Counted from the first letter of the stretch, positions 1 through 9,320 are shown. The stretch is DNA of 24,000 nt from Metallosphaera javensis (ex Hofmann et al. 2022) (GCF_022064045.1 NZ_JAKNCW010000005.1:126545-150544); one strand, 5' to 3'. Numbers and translations are program-made. The notes: generated by a model from the sequence alone, not told the origin.

Positions 1-531
1 CCTAGGGGAAAGACGAGCGATGAGGATTTCGAACTGGAACAGGAACTTCTTGCCTCCGAGAAGGAGATGGCTGAACACCTGATGCTGGTGGATCTGGCTA
101 GAAACGACATAGGAAAGTCCTGCGTCCCCGGAACGGTGAAGGTCCCTGAGTTTGCCTATGTTGAGAAGTATAGTCACGTGCAACATATAGTCAGCAGGGT
201 TGTGGGTACGTTGAGAAAGGATGCAAGTTCCTTGGACGTTCTAAGGTCCATGTTCCCTGCAGGGACTGTAAGTGGTGCTCCGAAACCCATGGCAATGAAC
301 ATAATAGAGATGCTGGAGCCTTATAAGAGGGGGCCTTACGCTGGTGCGGTTGGGTTCATCTCCAGGAATTCGGCAGAGTTCGCAATAACAATTAGAACTG
401 CAATGATTAACAGGGATATACTCCGCATACAGGCCGGGGCAGGGATAGTTTACGACTCGGTGCCTGAGCAGGAATACTTCGAAACCGAGCACAAAATGAG
501 GGCCCTGAAGGTAGCTCTTGGGGTGAGCTAA
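1..531 (+). CDS. trpE: Anthranilate synthase component I, C-terminal part (gene truncated by window start; the open frame runs from base 1)
   Basis: Frame 1 is open from base 1 ([39 protein letters not shown]...), with chorismate-binding motifs [19 protein letters not shown] and [21 protein letters not shown]; directly followed by trpG. Confidence 0.95.
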   Translation, partial: PRGKTSDEDFELEQELLASEKEMAEHLMLVDLARNDIGKSCVPGTVKVPEFAYVEKYSHVQHIVSRVVGTLRKDASSLDVLRSMFPAGTVSGAPKPMAMNIIEMLEPYKRGPYAGAVGFISRNSAEFAITIRTAMINRDILRIQAGAGIVYDSVPEQEYFETEHKMRALKVALGVS

Positions 532-1112
532 TGGACATAACCTTGATAATAGATAACTATGACAGCTTCGTTTACAACATCGCACAGAGTATAGGTGAGC
601 TTGGAAGTTACCCCCTGGTAGTGAGAAACGACGAGATATCTGTGAGGGGTATCGAGAGACTTAGGCCTGATAGAATAGTGATATCGCCAGGCCCCGGATC
701 CCCAGAGAAGTCAGAGGACGTGGGAATAGTTCCTGAGGTTATCAGAACCCTGGGGAAGAGAATTCCAATTCTTGGAGTCTGCCTGGGACATCAGGCCATA
801 GGTTATACATTCGGAGCTAGAATAAGGAGGGCTAGGGTAATATATCACGGGAAACTCAGCACCGTTGTCAGAACTGGAGAAAGCCCCCTATACACCGGAC
901 TGCCAACTGAGTTCAGGGCAACCAGGTATCACAGCCTGGTCGTGGATAATGTCACCCCTCCTCTAGCGGTTGACTCGGTCTCCAAGGAGGATGGGGAGAT
1001 AATGGGTCTACATCATGTGGAGTATAGGATTTACGGTGTTCAGTTTCATCCTGAGAGCGTGGGAACTACCCTAGGACAAAAAATATTTTACAACTTCCTC
1101 AACAGAATCTGA
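531..1112 (+). CDS. trpG: Anthranilate synthase component II (glutamine amidotransferase)
   Basis: [29 protein letters not shown] and HPESVGT motifs; ATG overlaps the trpE stop (TAATG). Confidence 0.95.
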   Translation: MDITLIIDNYDSFVYNIAQSIGELGSYPLVVRNDEISVRGIERLRPDRIVISPGPGSPEKSEDVGIVPEVIRTLGKRIPILGVCLGHQAIGYTFGARIRRARVIYHGKLSTVVRTGESPLYTGLPTEFRATRYHSLVVDNVTPPLAVDSVSKEDGEIMGLHHVEYRIYGVQFHPESVGTTLGQKIFYNFLNRI

Positions 1113-1114
1113 TA

Positions 1115-1867
1115 ATGCCAAGATATCTTGAAGGATGGATCAAGGAAGTAGTTGAAAATGCCAAGAGGAGACCTTACGTTTCCAGAAGCAGGGAGAAGCC
1201 AGTTCTGCAGATAGTTCCAAGGATAAGGACCACGAAAGAAGCAGGGCTTAACCCGGTGATTGCAGAGTATAAGAGGAAGTCTCCCTCCGGATTTTCTGAG
1301 GATAGGGACCCTGTTTCATACGCCAGGGAAATGGAGAAGGGCGGGGCTGTGGCCATCAGCGTCATTACTGAAAATACTGTGTTTGGCGGATCCTATGAGT
1401 ATCTGGAGAGAATAGCACGGAACGTCAAGATTCCGCTACTCATGAAGGATTTTGTGGTCACGGAAAATCAGGTGGATACCGCATATGACCTTGGAGCCGA
1501 TTTCATTTTACTTATCGTGAGAATTCTCACGGAGAGGGAACTTTCAGGTCTCCTGGAATACGTGAGATCCTATGGAATGGAGGCCTTGGTCGAGGTTCAC
1601 GACAGGGAAGATCTAGATATAGCCTTGAGGTGCGGAGCGAGTCTCATAGGCGTGAACTCAAGGGATCTCCTCACGCTGACGATTCAGAAGGAGATGGCCA
1701 TGAAGCTACTGGAGCAGATGCCTTCAACAGTTACCAAGGTGGCCGAGAGCGGGATAGAGTCCGTGGAGGAAATCAGGTTATTGAAGGAGAAAGGAGCGGA
1801 TGCCTTTCTTATAGGCTCGAGCTTGATGCGTAATCCAGATAAGATTAAAGAGTTTGTTAAGGGGTAG
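1115..1867 (+). CDS. trpC: Indole-3-glycerol phosphate synthase
   Basis: [32 protein letters not shown] and [12 protein letters not shown] motifs; adjacent to trpG. Confidence 0.95.
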   Translation: MPRYLEGWIKEVVENAKRRPYVSRSREKPVLQIVPRIRTTKEAGLNPVIAEYKRKSPSGFSEDRDPVSYAREMEKGGAVAISVITENTVFGGSYEYLERIARNVKIPLLMKDFVVTENQVDTAYDLGADFILLIVRILTERELSGLLEYVRSYGMEALVEVHDREDLDIALRCGASLIGVNSRDLLTLTIQKEMAMKLLEQMPSTVTKVAESGIESVEEIRLLKEKGADAFLIGSSLMRNPDKIKEFVKG

Positions 1868-1880
1868 TAGAAGGGGAAAA

Positions 1881-3071
1881 ATGGAAAATTTCGCAAGTTC
1901 ACTTTCAAGGTTAACCGGAGAGTCAACTCTCCTTTATCAGGAAATAGCTAGGAACGTGGAGAGAACCAAGGGAATAAAAACCATTAACTTTGGTATAGGC
2001 CAACCAGATCTACCTACTCCTCAGAGGATAAGGGATGAGGCTAAAGTGGCACTGGATAAGGGTTTCACTGCATACACTCCAGCACTAGGCCTTGACGAGT
2101 TAAGATCCAAGATAGCGGAATTTCTAACTCAAAGATACGGGGATCAGATCAGGAAGGAGGAGGTAGCTGTTACCCCTGGGGCAAAGACTGCTCTGTTCCT
2201 TGCATTTCTGATGTATGTCAATCCTGGTGACGAGGTGATCATGTTTGATCCATCCTTCTACTCATATGGAGAAGTAGTAAATCTTCTTGGAGGGAAACCG
2301 GTTTACGTACCCCTTCACTTCAACGAGAACACAGGTTTCAGCGTGGATATGAACGAGCTAGTTTCCAAGATAACTCCAAGAACCAAGATGATAGTTTATA
2401 ATAACCCCCACAATCCCACTGGAATGAACTTTAACGATAAACTTGCGAAGGACCTAGTTGATATAGCCAGGGAGAAGAGGTTAATCCTTCTCTCAGACGA
2501 GATTTATGACTATTTCGTCTATGACGGTGGATTCAGAAGCGTGTTGCAGGAATCTTGGAGAGACAATGTGATTTACATAAACGGGTTCAGCAAGACCTTT
2601 AGTATGACAGGTTGGAGACTGGGGTATATTGTGGCACGAAAGGAGGTCATAAATAAGGTGAGTATACTGGCGTCCAACATATATACATGTCCCACAAGTT
2701 TCGCGCAAAGGGGTGCCCTTGCGTCCTTCGATACCTTTGACGAAGTAAAGCATATGATAGACCTGTTCAGGAGGAGAAGGGACGTAATGTTCTCAGAGCT
2801 TAAGACCCTCAAGGGAATCAAGGTTTACAAGAGCTCTGGGGCGTTCTACATGTTTCCAGACGTTAGTGAGATCCTGAAGAGAACTGGAATGGACTCAAAG
2901 GCTCTGGCAGTGAAAATCATTGAGGAGGGCGGAGTAGTCACTATTCCAGGCGAGGTGTTCCCAGAAAAGGTTGGAAGAAACTTCCTGAGACTGAGCTTTG
3001 CCCTAGATGAGGAGAAAATTAAAGAGGGAGTATCAAGGATGAAATTGGCACTGGAGAAACTCACAGGTTGA
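1881..3071 (+). CDS. Class I/II PLP-dependent aminotransferase (aspartate aminotransferase family)
   Basis: [29 protein letters not shown] and [16 protein letters not shown] (PLP lysine). The ORF track start (TTG 1854) overlaps trpC; ATG 1881 is the more likely start. Confidence 0.9.
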   Translation: MENFASSLSRLTGESTLLYQEIARNVERTKGIKTINFGIGQPDLPTPQRIRDEAKVALDKGFTAYTPALGLDELRSKIAEFLTQRYGDQIRKEEVAVTPGAKTALFLAFLMYVNPGDEVIMFDPSFYSYGEVVNLLGGKPVYVPLHFNENTGFSVDMNELVSKITPRTKMIVYNNPHNPTGMNFNDKLAKDLVDIAREKRLILLSDEIYDYFVYDGGFRSVLQESWRDNVIYINGFSKTFSMTGWRLGYIVARKEVINKVSILASNIYTCPTSFAQRGALASFDTFDEVKHMIDLFRRRRDVMFSELKTLKGIKVYKSSGAFYMFPDVSEILKRTGMDSKALAVKIIEEGGVVTIPGEVFPEKVGRNFLRLSFALDEEKIKEGVSRMKLALEKLTG

Positions 3072-3117
3072 TGAAAAAGTTACGGGTGATCGATGATCAA
3101 AACTCCCATGGTCTGAA
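3068..3117 (+). ncRNA. Candidate C/D box guide sRNA overlapping the aminotransferase stop codon
   Basis: C box TTGATGA 3068-3074; D'-like GTGA 3086-3089; C'-like ATGATCA 3093-3099; D box CTGA 3113-3116. Spacers are 11 nt (C to D'), 3 nt (D' to C') and 13 nt (C' to D). Confidence 0.35.
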
Positions 3118-5544
3118 TCACGCGGGAGATATCTTCACGTCCGGTTGCTCCGCCTCTCTATAGGTTATCTCAGTTATTTTGAGCGTTTTCTTGAGATCAT
3201 CTTCCACTCTCATTAGGTCCTCTAAGAACTGTTTCGGCCCCTGTACCTCCACCTTTATCTGCGAGTTCATGGACATCCTCATCTTCACCTTGTTGGTCCT
3301 CACCAGTGAGTTGAACTTCTTGACAGAGTCTCCCATCCTCACCACATCCTCCGCTACCTTGATGTCATCGGTTGAAGGTAAGCTCTCGAGTAGGACGCTC
3401 TGTTTCTCGCCGAAAATGAGGGAGTAAATTTCCTCCGTTATATGCGGGGCAATAGGATGCAACAGGATAATTATATCCTTAAGTATCCTTCCCAGAGTGT
3501 ATATGGCAGACTTATCATCATTAAATAGCCTATGCTTGATTAGTTCAAGATACTCATCAGCTATGGTTTCCCAGAAGTATTCGTAAAGCATGGAAAGTAT
3601 CACGAAGAAGTCCTGATTTTCGTAGGCTTGAATGGTCTTCTCCACAAACTCCTTGTGCCTAGCCAGTATCCACTGGTCAATGGGGTGTAACATGGCTGGT
3701 CTATCCAGTTTCCTGCCGTGTATGAATGGGTAGGCTAGCCTGCTAGCGTTCCACAGCTTCTGAAGAAGTAACTTCTTTCCCTTGACCGTGTCCCACTTGA
3801 AGGGGAAATCGTCGCCTATGGAGGCGTCAAGCAGGGTCATCCTTATTGCATCAGCACCAAACTCCTCTATCCTGTCCATTGGAGAGACGTTATTACCCTT
3901 ACTCTTACTCATCCTAGTTCCATCTGGGCCCAGAACTTGACCGTGTATTACCACTCTCTTGAAGGGCACATTCCCAGCAAGCATTAGAGTTCTAAAGAAA
4001 GTGTAGAATAGCCAGGTTCTAATGATGTCAGTACCCTGCAGTCTCACATCCGCTGGGAAGGTCTTGTTGAACCTGAGTTTGTTCTCATAAAACCCAGACA
4101 GATAAAGCACAGTCACGCTGGAGTCTACCCAGACGTCAGCTACATGTGTCAATGGTTTCAGTGGAAGTCCACAATGCGGACACTTATCCACGGGTGGATT
4201 GCTCTTGGTGGGATCCACAGGCAACGAGGAGATATCAGCTGGAACCAGATGTAGATTATCGCAGTACCAGAAGGGTAAGGGGGTCCCGTAAAGTCTCTGC
4301 CTGCTTATGTTCCAGTCCCACTCAATGTTATTTATCCATTCCTCAAGTTTACCTGCCATTCTCTGTGGCTTGAAGTTCATTTTCTTATACTCCTCGAGCA
4401 GTCTCCCCTTATAGGGGACAACATCAATGTATACCTGCTCCTTCACCAAGAACTCTATTGGTGAGAGGCAATCACTTCTCTCGGTATGGGATAGGACGTT
4501 ATGCTTTATGGTCTCAATCTTTCTAACATATCCCTTCTCCTTCAATAATTCCACTATCCTCTTCTTAGCCTCCTCCACCTTCAATCCATCCAGAAAGCCA
4601 GTCCCCTTTATTCTCCCCCTCTCGTCCACGAGCTCCGTGACCGGAAGGCTATACTTGAGTTGCCATCTTATGTCCTGGGGATCGCCGTATGTACTTATCA
4701 TCACAGCTCCTGTTCCAAAGTCCTTCTCCACATCCGGATCAGCTATTATCTGAACTTCCTTCTCAAAGAGCGGAAGTATTGCCTTCTTTCCCACGAGGTT
4801 CTTGTAACGCTCATCCTGGGGATTTACGGCAACAGCCTGGGTAGCTCCTAGAAGTTCAGGACGTGTTGTGGCAATGACTATTTCCCCACCTTCCTTCAGG
4901 GGAAATCCAATGTAGACTAGAATACCCTGTTTCTCGAGATATCCCACTTCACTCTGCGCCACTGCAGTCTCGCATTTGGGGCACCAGTACACAGGCCCCT
5001 GTTTCATCCTTATCATTCCCTTCTGATGCATCTCAATTAGACTTCTCTGTATAACTCTCCTGTAGTTTGGGTGGTATGTCCTATACTCAAATTGCTCCCA
5101 GTTGGGCCTATATCCCAGCCTTATCATGGCAGATTTCATTTTTCCTATCATGTCCTCGGTCCATTCCACGCACTTCTTCAGGAACAGCTCCCGGTTCTCC
5201 TTGGGTATCCCAAGCTTGTACTGGACCTTGAGCTCCGTTGGCAGGCCTTGGGTATCCCATCCCTGGGGGAAGAGGACGTTATAACCTTGAAGTTTCTTGA
5301 ATCTGGCCATTGCGTCGGCTATGGTAACCCAGTAGGCATGGCCCATGTGTAGCTCTCCGCTTGTGAACGGGGGAGGGGTATCAATGAAGAAAACAGGCTT
5401 CTCGGAGTTCTCATCAAACTTGAATATCTTTTCCCAGTATTCCTGGGTTAACCAAAGTTTCTGCCATTTGGGTTCAATATCCTTGGGACTATAATGCTTG
5501 GGCCATTCCTCCATTCTCTTTAAAATCTCATCCTGGGACAACAA
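3118..5544 (-). CDS. valS: Valyl-tRNA synthetase
   Basis: 808 aa class I aaRS: [16 protein letters not shown] (HIGH-like), [11 protein letters not shown] (KMSKS), [27 protein letters not shown]. Probable leaderless TTG start at 5544. Confidence 0.95.
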   Translation of the reverse strand: MLSQDEILKRMEEWPKHYSPKDIEPKWQKLWLTQEYWEKIFKFDENSEKPVFFIDTPPPFTSGELHMGHAYWVTIADAMARFKKLQGYNVLFPQGWDTQGLPTELKVQYKLGIPKENRELFLKKCVEWTEDMIGKMKSAMIRLGYRPNWEQFEYRTYHPNYRRVIQRSLIEMHQKGMIRMKQGPVYWCPKCETAVAQSEVGYLEKQGILVYIGFPLKEGGEIVIATTRPELLGATQAVAVNPQDERYKNLVGKKAILPLFEKEVQIIADPDVEKDFGTGAVMISTYGDPQDIRWQLKYSLPVTELVDERGRIKGTGFLDGLKVEEAKKRIVELLKEKGYVRKIETIKHNVLSHTERSDCLSPIEFLVKEQVYIDVVPYKGRLLEEYKKMNFKPQRMAGKLEEWINNIEWDWNISRQRLYGTPLPFWYCDNLHLVPADISSLPVDPTKSNPPVDKCPHCGLPLKPLTHVADVWVDSSVTVLYLSGFYENKLRFNKTFPADVRLQGTDIIRTWLFYTFFRTLMLAGNVPFKRVVIHGQVLGPDGTRMSKSKGNNVSPMDRIEEFGADAIRMTLLDASIGDDFPFKWDTVKGKKLLLQKLWNASRLAYPFIHGRKLDRPAMLHPIDQWILARHKEFVEKTIQAYENQDFFVILSMLYEYFWETIADEYLELIKHRLFNDDKSAIYTLGRILKDIIILLHPIAPHITEEIYSLIFGEKQSVLLESLPSTDDIKVAEDVVRMGDSVKKFNSLVRTNKVKMRMSMNSQIKVEVQGPKQFLEDLMRVEDDLKKTLKITEITYREAEQPDVKISPA

Positions 5545-5564
5545 TAACAGATCACCGCTAACTA

Positions 5565-5600
5565 GAATATAAAAACGTGCTTACAAAGAACCTTTTATAC
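5565..5600. promoter_or_regulatory. Divergent pair of TATA boxes for valS (-) and the FAD-reductase gene (+)
   Basis: Minus-strand TTTTATAT at about 5567-5574 lies ~25 nt upstream of TTG 5544. Plus-strand CTTTTATAC at 5592-5600 lies ~25 nt upstream of ATG 5621. Confidence 0.6.
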
Positions 5601-5620
5601 TTTTCGACAATGTATAGTTG

Positions 5621-6598
5621 ATGTTAAGGGTTGCTATCATAGGTGGAGGGGTGGGTGGATCTCTCCTGGGTTCACTACTTCACGATGCTGGACATGATGT
5701 TACCCTATTCGATATCAAGGAGAGGTACTTCAAGCCCTGTGGTGACATAGTTCCCAATGTCTACAAACCTCCCTTTCCCTGGAAGGTTGAGTATGAGATA
5801 AGGGACTTCGCATTTTATCTGGACGGGGAGAGGATCTATGACGTGAGTTACAGGAGTCCCAAATGGCTTACCATAAACAAGAGCGAATGGATAAACTCCA
5901 TGAGAGCGAAGCTGAGGCAGGTTGTGGGGAACGAAAAACCTAAGCTTGATAACTACGACGCAGTGCTCGATTCCAGAGGTCCCTATCCCATGGATAGGGA
6001 AGTGGTATATACCACAAGGGTAATAATGAAGGTTGAGGATTTTAACCCAGAGGCCATCCTCGAGTTTAACACTAGACTAACTGGATTCTACTGGATATTT
6101 CCAGCGGGGGAAGGTTTACTTAACGTGGGTGCCGGGTTCCTTGAGGAAAAGAACTCAAGGAGGCTTCTCTTGGAATATCTGAGGGAAAGGTTCACAAAGT
6201 ATGAGATCATTGACGTCAGGGGCGCCCCAATATCCATAGGCAAGGTCGTCAAGAAAGAAGGTAGAATAGGGGAGGCCAGGGGACTGGTCTTTCCCCTGAG
6301 CGGGGAGGGAATAAGACCCTCGGCTATCTCAGCTGAAATAGCCTTTAATGCCCTGAATAGGGGAAAGCCTCTGGAGCAGGAATTGGAAAAGGGGCTCTCC
6401 ACCATAGAGTCGAGAATATCCATCCAATCCTTGCTACTTAACTGGTATAGGAAGTCTAACATCTCCATGAGGAGGATAATGTTAAGGCATTTCCTCAGGA
6501 GTGAAATCTTAATAGATGCGTTCCTTGAGGATAAACTTGACTTTCAGGGAATCAAGGAGTCTATGGAGCTGATTAAAAGTGGTGGAATTAGTACTTGA
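5621..6598 (+). CDS. FAD-dependent oxidoreductase, geranylgeranyl reductase family
   Basis: [31 protein letters not shown] Rossmann dinucleotide motif; C-terminal [22 protein letters not shown] motif. ATG 5621 matches TATA spacing better than the listed TTG 5618. Confidence 0.85.
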   Translation: MLRVAIIGGGVGGSLLGSLLHDAGHDVTLFDIKERYFKPCGDIVPNVYKPPFPWKVEYEIRDFAFYLDGERIYDVSYRSPKWLTINKSEWINSMRAKLRQVVGNEKPKLDNYDAVLDSRGPYPMDREVVYTTRVIMKVEDFNPEAILEFNTRLTGFYWIFPAGEGLLNVGAGFLEEKNSRRLLLEYLRERFTKYEIIDVRGAPISIGKVVKKEGRIGEARGLVFPLSGEGIRPSAISAEIAFNALNRGKPLEQELEKGLSTIESRISIQSLLLNWYRKSNISMRRIMLRHFLRSEILIDAFLEDKLDFQGIKESMELIKSGGIST

Positions 6599-6956
6599 GC
6601 AATCTAAGAGCAAGTCTGGAAAGCACGCGGTGAGGTCCCTGCTATTTAAATGGGATAACGAACCGAAACAACTCAATCCCAAGGGCACAAAGATACCTCC
6701 GCTCTACAAAGATGGAGAGGCCGTTCTGATCAACCTGAAGGAAAAGGGAATATTCATTTACGCAAGGTTTGTCAGGAACCTCAGGGGAAGGGTAAGGGGG
6801 AAGCTGATGGTAATTAAGGACGGAGCTGTGTCCCTGGAGATGAATTACCGAAAGCTAAAACTGAAGAGAATATCAGGCGACGCCAACCTTTACCCCTATG
6901 TTAAGGCAGTAATGGACACGCTCAAAATCCCCATCAAGAGAACTAACCTAAAATGA
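6579..6956 (+). CDS. Hypothetical protein (125 aa, basic)
   Basis: Open frame between genes with a 20-nt overlap with the upstream gene; GTG start. Confidence 0.7.
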   Translation: MVELVLEQSKSKSGKHAVRSLLFKWDNEPKQLNPKGTKIPPLYKDGEAVLINLKEKGIFIYARFVRNLRGRVRGKLMVIKDGAVSLEMNYRKLKLKRISGDANLYPYVKAVMDTLKIPIKRTNLK

Positions 6957-6966
6957 GGGGAATTTC

Positions 6967-7278
6967 TTGTTTGAGGTTCTTTTAGGCGTTCAGACGGATC
7001 CTCAACGTATAAGGGACATCTTCAAGGACATGGTTAAAGTGCTTGAGGGTATATGTGTTCCCGTGAGAATTGGAGCATCCTTCCTCTGTTCTCCTTCCTC
7101 TTCGTCCCTAATCACCGTGTACCTCGCTGAACAGGAAATGAGACCTATGTATCTGGCGTTCAGAATAAAATCCAAGGATTCGCAGGACATCGTGAATTTT
7201 TCAGAGAAGATTAACCTCAAACTGAAGGATTATGGAGTGCACCCAACCCTCATTAACTCGGACTCCACTTCCCTGTGA
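6967..7278 (+). CDS. Hypothetical protein (103 aa)
   Basis: Open frame, TTG start, follows the upstream operon; the C-terminal 49 nt overlap a convergent ORF. Confidence 0.6.
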   Translation: MFEVLLGVQTDPQRIRDIFKDMVKVLEGICVPVRIGASFLCSPSSSSLITVYLAEQEMRPMYLAFRIKSKDSQDIVNFSEKINLKLKDYGVHPTLINSDSTSL

Positions 7279-7526
7279 ATCTCCTCCGCGGAAGGGTTCG
7301 AGGAGTTCAATTCCACCACGACATTGCATATGACTGCCACTCCGTTCACGGGACAGAGCACTATCTTTCTAATGACCCCGAACTTGGTTTCTATGGTAGC
7401 GTCAAGATATTCAAGTTCCTTGAGTCTCTTTTTGCACGGTATGGAAAGGTCTAGAAAAACTAACCTCTTATCCCCGTCCTTGATAAACGAAACCTTGAAG
7501 TGATTCACGTAAAAATTCTCTATCAT
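7230..7526 (-). CDS. Hypothetical protein (98 aa)
   Basis: Start overlaps the stop of the upstream Zn-ribbon gene (ATGA arrangement), which suggests translational coupling. Confidence 0.65.
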   Translation of the reverse strand: MIENFYVNHFKVSFIKDGDKRLVFLDLSIPCKKRLKELEYLDATIETKFGVIRKIVLCPVNGVAVICNVVVELNSSNPSAEEIHREVESELMRVGCTP

Positions 7527-7741
7527 ACTGCGGGTACCAATTCAGTGTTGCAGTATGGGCACCTGCCCTTCAAACTTCTCTTATCGGCCTCACAGAAGTA
7601 TGCTCTGTACTTTTTCTCACATTTGGGGCATTTATACACCACGTCTATGCCCAGCCTTAAAGTTCTGTCACATATGGAACAGTAAACCTCAAACCAGCCA
7701 AGATGACCATAAGCGTTAGTTCCCTTCAGTCTCAAGCTCAT
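7523..7741 (-). CDS. Small zinc-ribbon protein
   Basis: Paired Cys motifs CSIC...CPKC and FC...CPYC. Minus-strand TATA CTTTTATAAC at 7780-7771 upstream. Confidence 0.75.
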   Translation of the reverse strand: MSLRLKGTNAYGHLGWFEVYCSICDRTLRLGIDVVYKCPKCEKKYRAYFCEADKRSLKGRCPYCNTELVPAV

Positions 7742-7770
7742 TTTTATCGTAGAAGTATGAAGTCTCTCCT

Positions 7771-7780
7771 GTTATAAAAG
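7771..7780 (-). promoter_or_regulatory. TATA box for the Zn-ribbon / hypothetical gene pair
   Basis: CTTTTATAAC on the minus strand, ~30-35 nt upstream of ATG 7741. Confidence 0.55.
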
Positions 7781-7933
7781 TTTCCGGGTAGGCACGTAGA
7801 TGCTTTGCACAAGATCCATGAACTCAAGGCTAGTCCCGCCTGAAGCTCCTTTAAGCGAATGCCTTTCCACTTGGTTCCTCGTGACCCTATCAACCCTCAC
7901 GTAATTGCTCAATATCCGGATTAAAATCCTCAT
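7772..7933 (-). CDS. Candidate unannotated small protein (53 aa): MRILIRILSNYVRVDRVTRNQVERHSLKGASGGTSLEFMDLVQSIYVPTRKLL
   Basis: Open frame from ATG 7933 (in-frame upstream ATG 7942) to TAA 7774-7772. Minus-strand TATA-like TTATAGTAA at 7959-7951 is ~24 nt upstream of ATG 7933. Not in the supplied ORF track because it is short. Confidence 0.4.
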   Translation of the reverse strand: MRILIRILSNYVRVDRVTRNQVERHSLKGASGGTSLEFMDLVQSIYVPTRKLL

Positions 7934-8039
7934 AATTAACATAATCGATTTTACTATAACAGTGTCTTCTCAGGGTCTTACCAACTGGCTGTAGGAGAAG
8001 TTTAATTACACACATTAACCGTTAATATGATGGGTCAAT

Positions 8040-8567
8040 TTGGATGCTACCATAATCTATTATGATCCAGTTACTGTGCCCGTCTTTCCTGACGTGTCAC
8101 TCGTGGGGGTAAAGTATGAGAGAGAGGAGAAGAGATCGGTGAATTCAGTTGAGGAGATGGAGCAGATAAGTGTGCAGGGAAAAGTCGTCTTAGTGAGGGC
8201 TAAGGGTACAGTATCCCTTAATGTGGGTCTTAATGTGACCTACCCCTTTAGCGAGATAGTTAACGTGAAACGTGTTGGCGTTCCACGTGAATTTGCCAAT
8301 GAGGGAGTGAAAGTTGAGTACAAAGAAGTCCTAGAGCCCTACGGATATGTTGGCATAAACATCAATTTCTCTCCATCCCTTCCCTTCGTTATAGTGGAGA
8401 CGGAACAGGGTAGCAGAATAATCTCCCTCTCCTCCATACAGGACACAAAACCCGAGATTCCAAGAGAATCTAAAACCCCAGAGAAAAAGAGGAAAAGACG
8501 TGTTAAGAAAAGTCGTAAGAGACGCAAGGTTAAGAGCAAGGGTTCTAGAAAGAGTAGAGGAGTTTAG
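8040..8567 (+). CDS. Hypothetical protein with a strongly basic C-terminal tail
   Basis: 175 aa, TTG start; tail EKKRKRRVKKSRKRRKVKSKGSRKSRGV. Confidence 0.6.
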   Translation: MDATIIYYDPVTVPVFPDVSLVGVKYEREEKRSVNSVEEMEQISVQGKVVLVRAKGTVSLNVGLNVTYPFSEIVNVKRVGVPREFANEGVKVEYKEVLEPYGYVGININFSPSLPFVIVETEQGSRIISLSSIQDTKPEIPRESKTPEKKRKRRVKKSRKRRKVKSKGSRKSRGV

Positions 8568-9105
8568 GTTAAATAATAGGGCGAGCGAGAAGGTCTGGTT
8601 CAGGGAACTGGTTCTCTGCATACTCACGGCTAACTCAAGCTTCATCGGGGCCTTCACAGCCCTTCAGTCCTTGGGAGATCTCATCCTTTACGGATCAGCT
8701 GAGGAGATATCCAAGGTTCTCAAGGAAACGGGCTACAGGTTTCCAAACCTTAAGGCAAAATACATCGTTAGGAGCAGATCGCATTACGGCAAGCTTAAGG
8801 AGATTGGGCGGGTAGCCGATAAGGATCAGATTGAGGCTAGGGAGATGTTACTGGAAGTCCAGGGTCTTGGAATGAAGGAGGCCAGTCACTTTCTCAGGAA
8901 CATGGGATATCTGGACTTGGCAATAATTGACAGACATATATTACGCTTTTTCTCCGATTATCTGGAAGACCGCAAAATCTCCTCAAGGAAGAGGTACCTA
9001 GAACTGGAGTCTGTACTCAGGGGTATAGCATCAGCCCTGGACCTTCCAGTGGGAGTGCTGGACCTCTACATCTGGTATCTCAAAACGGGCAAGATAGCCA
9101 AGTAG
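8500..9105 (+). CDS. ogg: Archaeal N-glycosylase/DNA lyase (8-oxoguanine DNA glycosylase, Ogg2-type)
   Basis: HhH-type core LLEVQGLGMKEASHFLRNMGYLDLAIIDRHILRFF with catalytic Lys/Asp; N-terminus MLRKVVRDARLRARVLERVEEFRLNN resembles Sulfolobales homologues from family knowledge. GTG start. Confidence 0.85.
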   Translation: MLRKVVRDARLRARVLERVEEFRLNNRASEKVWFRELVLCILTANSSFIGAFTALQSLGDLILYGSAEEISKVLKETGYRFPNLKAKYIVRSRSHYGKLKEIGRVADKDQIEAREMLLEVQGLGMKEASHFLRNMGYLDLAIIDRHILRFFSDYLEDRKISSRKRYLELESVLRGIASALDLPVGVLDLYIWYLKTGKIAK

Positions 9106-9135
9106 GTATCCTCATTTACTCTAGTTAGAAAAAAG

Positions 9136-9144
9136 TATATAAAC
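9136..9144 (+). promoter_or_regulatory. Strong TATA box upstream of the serA leader
   Basis: AAAAAAGTATATAAAC; expected start of transcription about 9160-9168, which implies a ~150-nt leader before serA ATG 9318. Confidence 0.65.
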
Positions 9145-9172
9145 TAGTGAATATCGATTAAAGTGACTAAAC

Positions 9173-9292
9173 ATGAATGGCCAACCGGTTACTACGCGTG
9201 ACCAACACTATTTTAATCAATATTATGTTTCTAAATATTTCTATTTCTCTATTTCCCTTTCATCTATTTCATCATCACTCTCATCCTGTTAA
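9173..9292 (+). CDS. Candidate Ser-rich leader peptide ORF (39 aa): MNGQPVTTRDQHYFNQYYVSKYFYFSISLSSISSSLSSC
   Basis: ATG 9173 lies 5-13 nt after the predicted transcription start; TAA at 9290-9292, 25 nt before serA ATG. 10 of the last 20 residues are Ser. Coding status unproven; the tract is pyrimidine-rich. Confidence 0.35.
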   Translation: MNGQPVTTRDQHYFNQYYVSKYFYFSISLSSISSSLSSC

Positions 9293-9320
9293 ATAATTCT
9301 CTTGAAGGTGAACAAGGATG
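9282..9320 (+). promoter_or_regulatory. Potential hairpin masking the serA start codon
   Basis: CATCCTGTT 9282-9290 pairs with AACAAGGATG 9311-9320 (9 bp with A9314 bulged). The stem includes the serA ATG; the loop contains the SD-like GAAGGTG. Confidence 0.35.

Noticed and set aside
241-585. 114-aa minus-strand ORF antisense to trpE/trpG
   Set aside because: Covered by the clearly coding trpE frame, no family features, no separate promoter seen.
4146-5352. Plus- and minus-strand ORFs overlapping valS
   Set aside because: valS class I aaRS signatures span this region; the others are shadow ORFs.
9270-9290. GTGATGATGA on the minus strand opposite the serA leader
   Set aside because: No D box downstream on that strand; part of the pyrimidine-rich leader tract.
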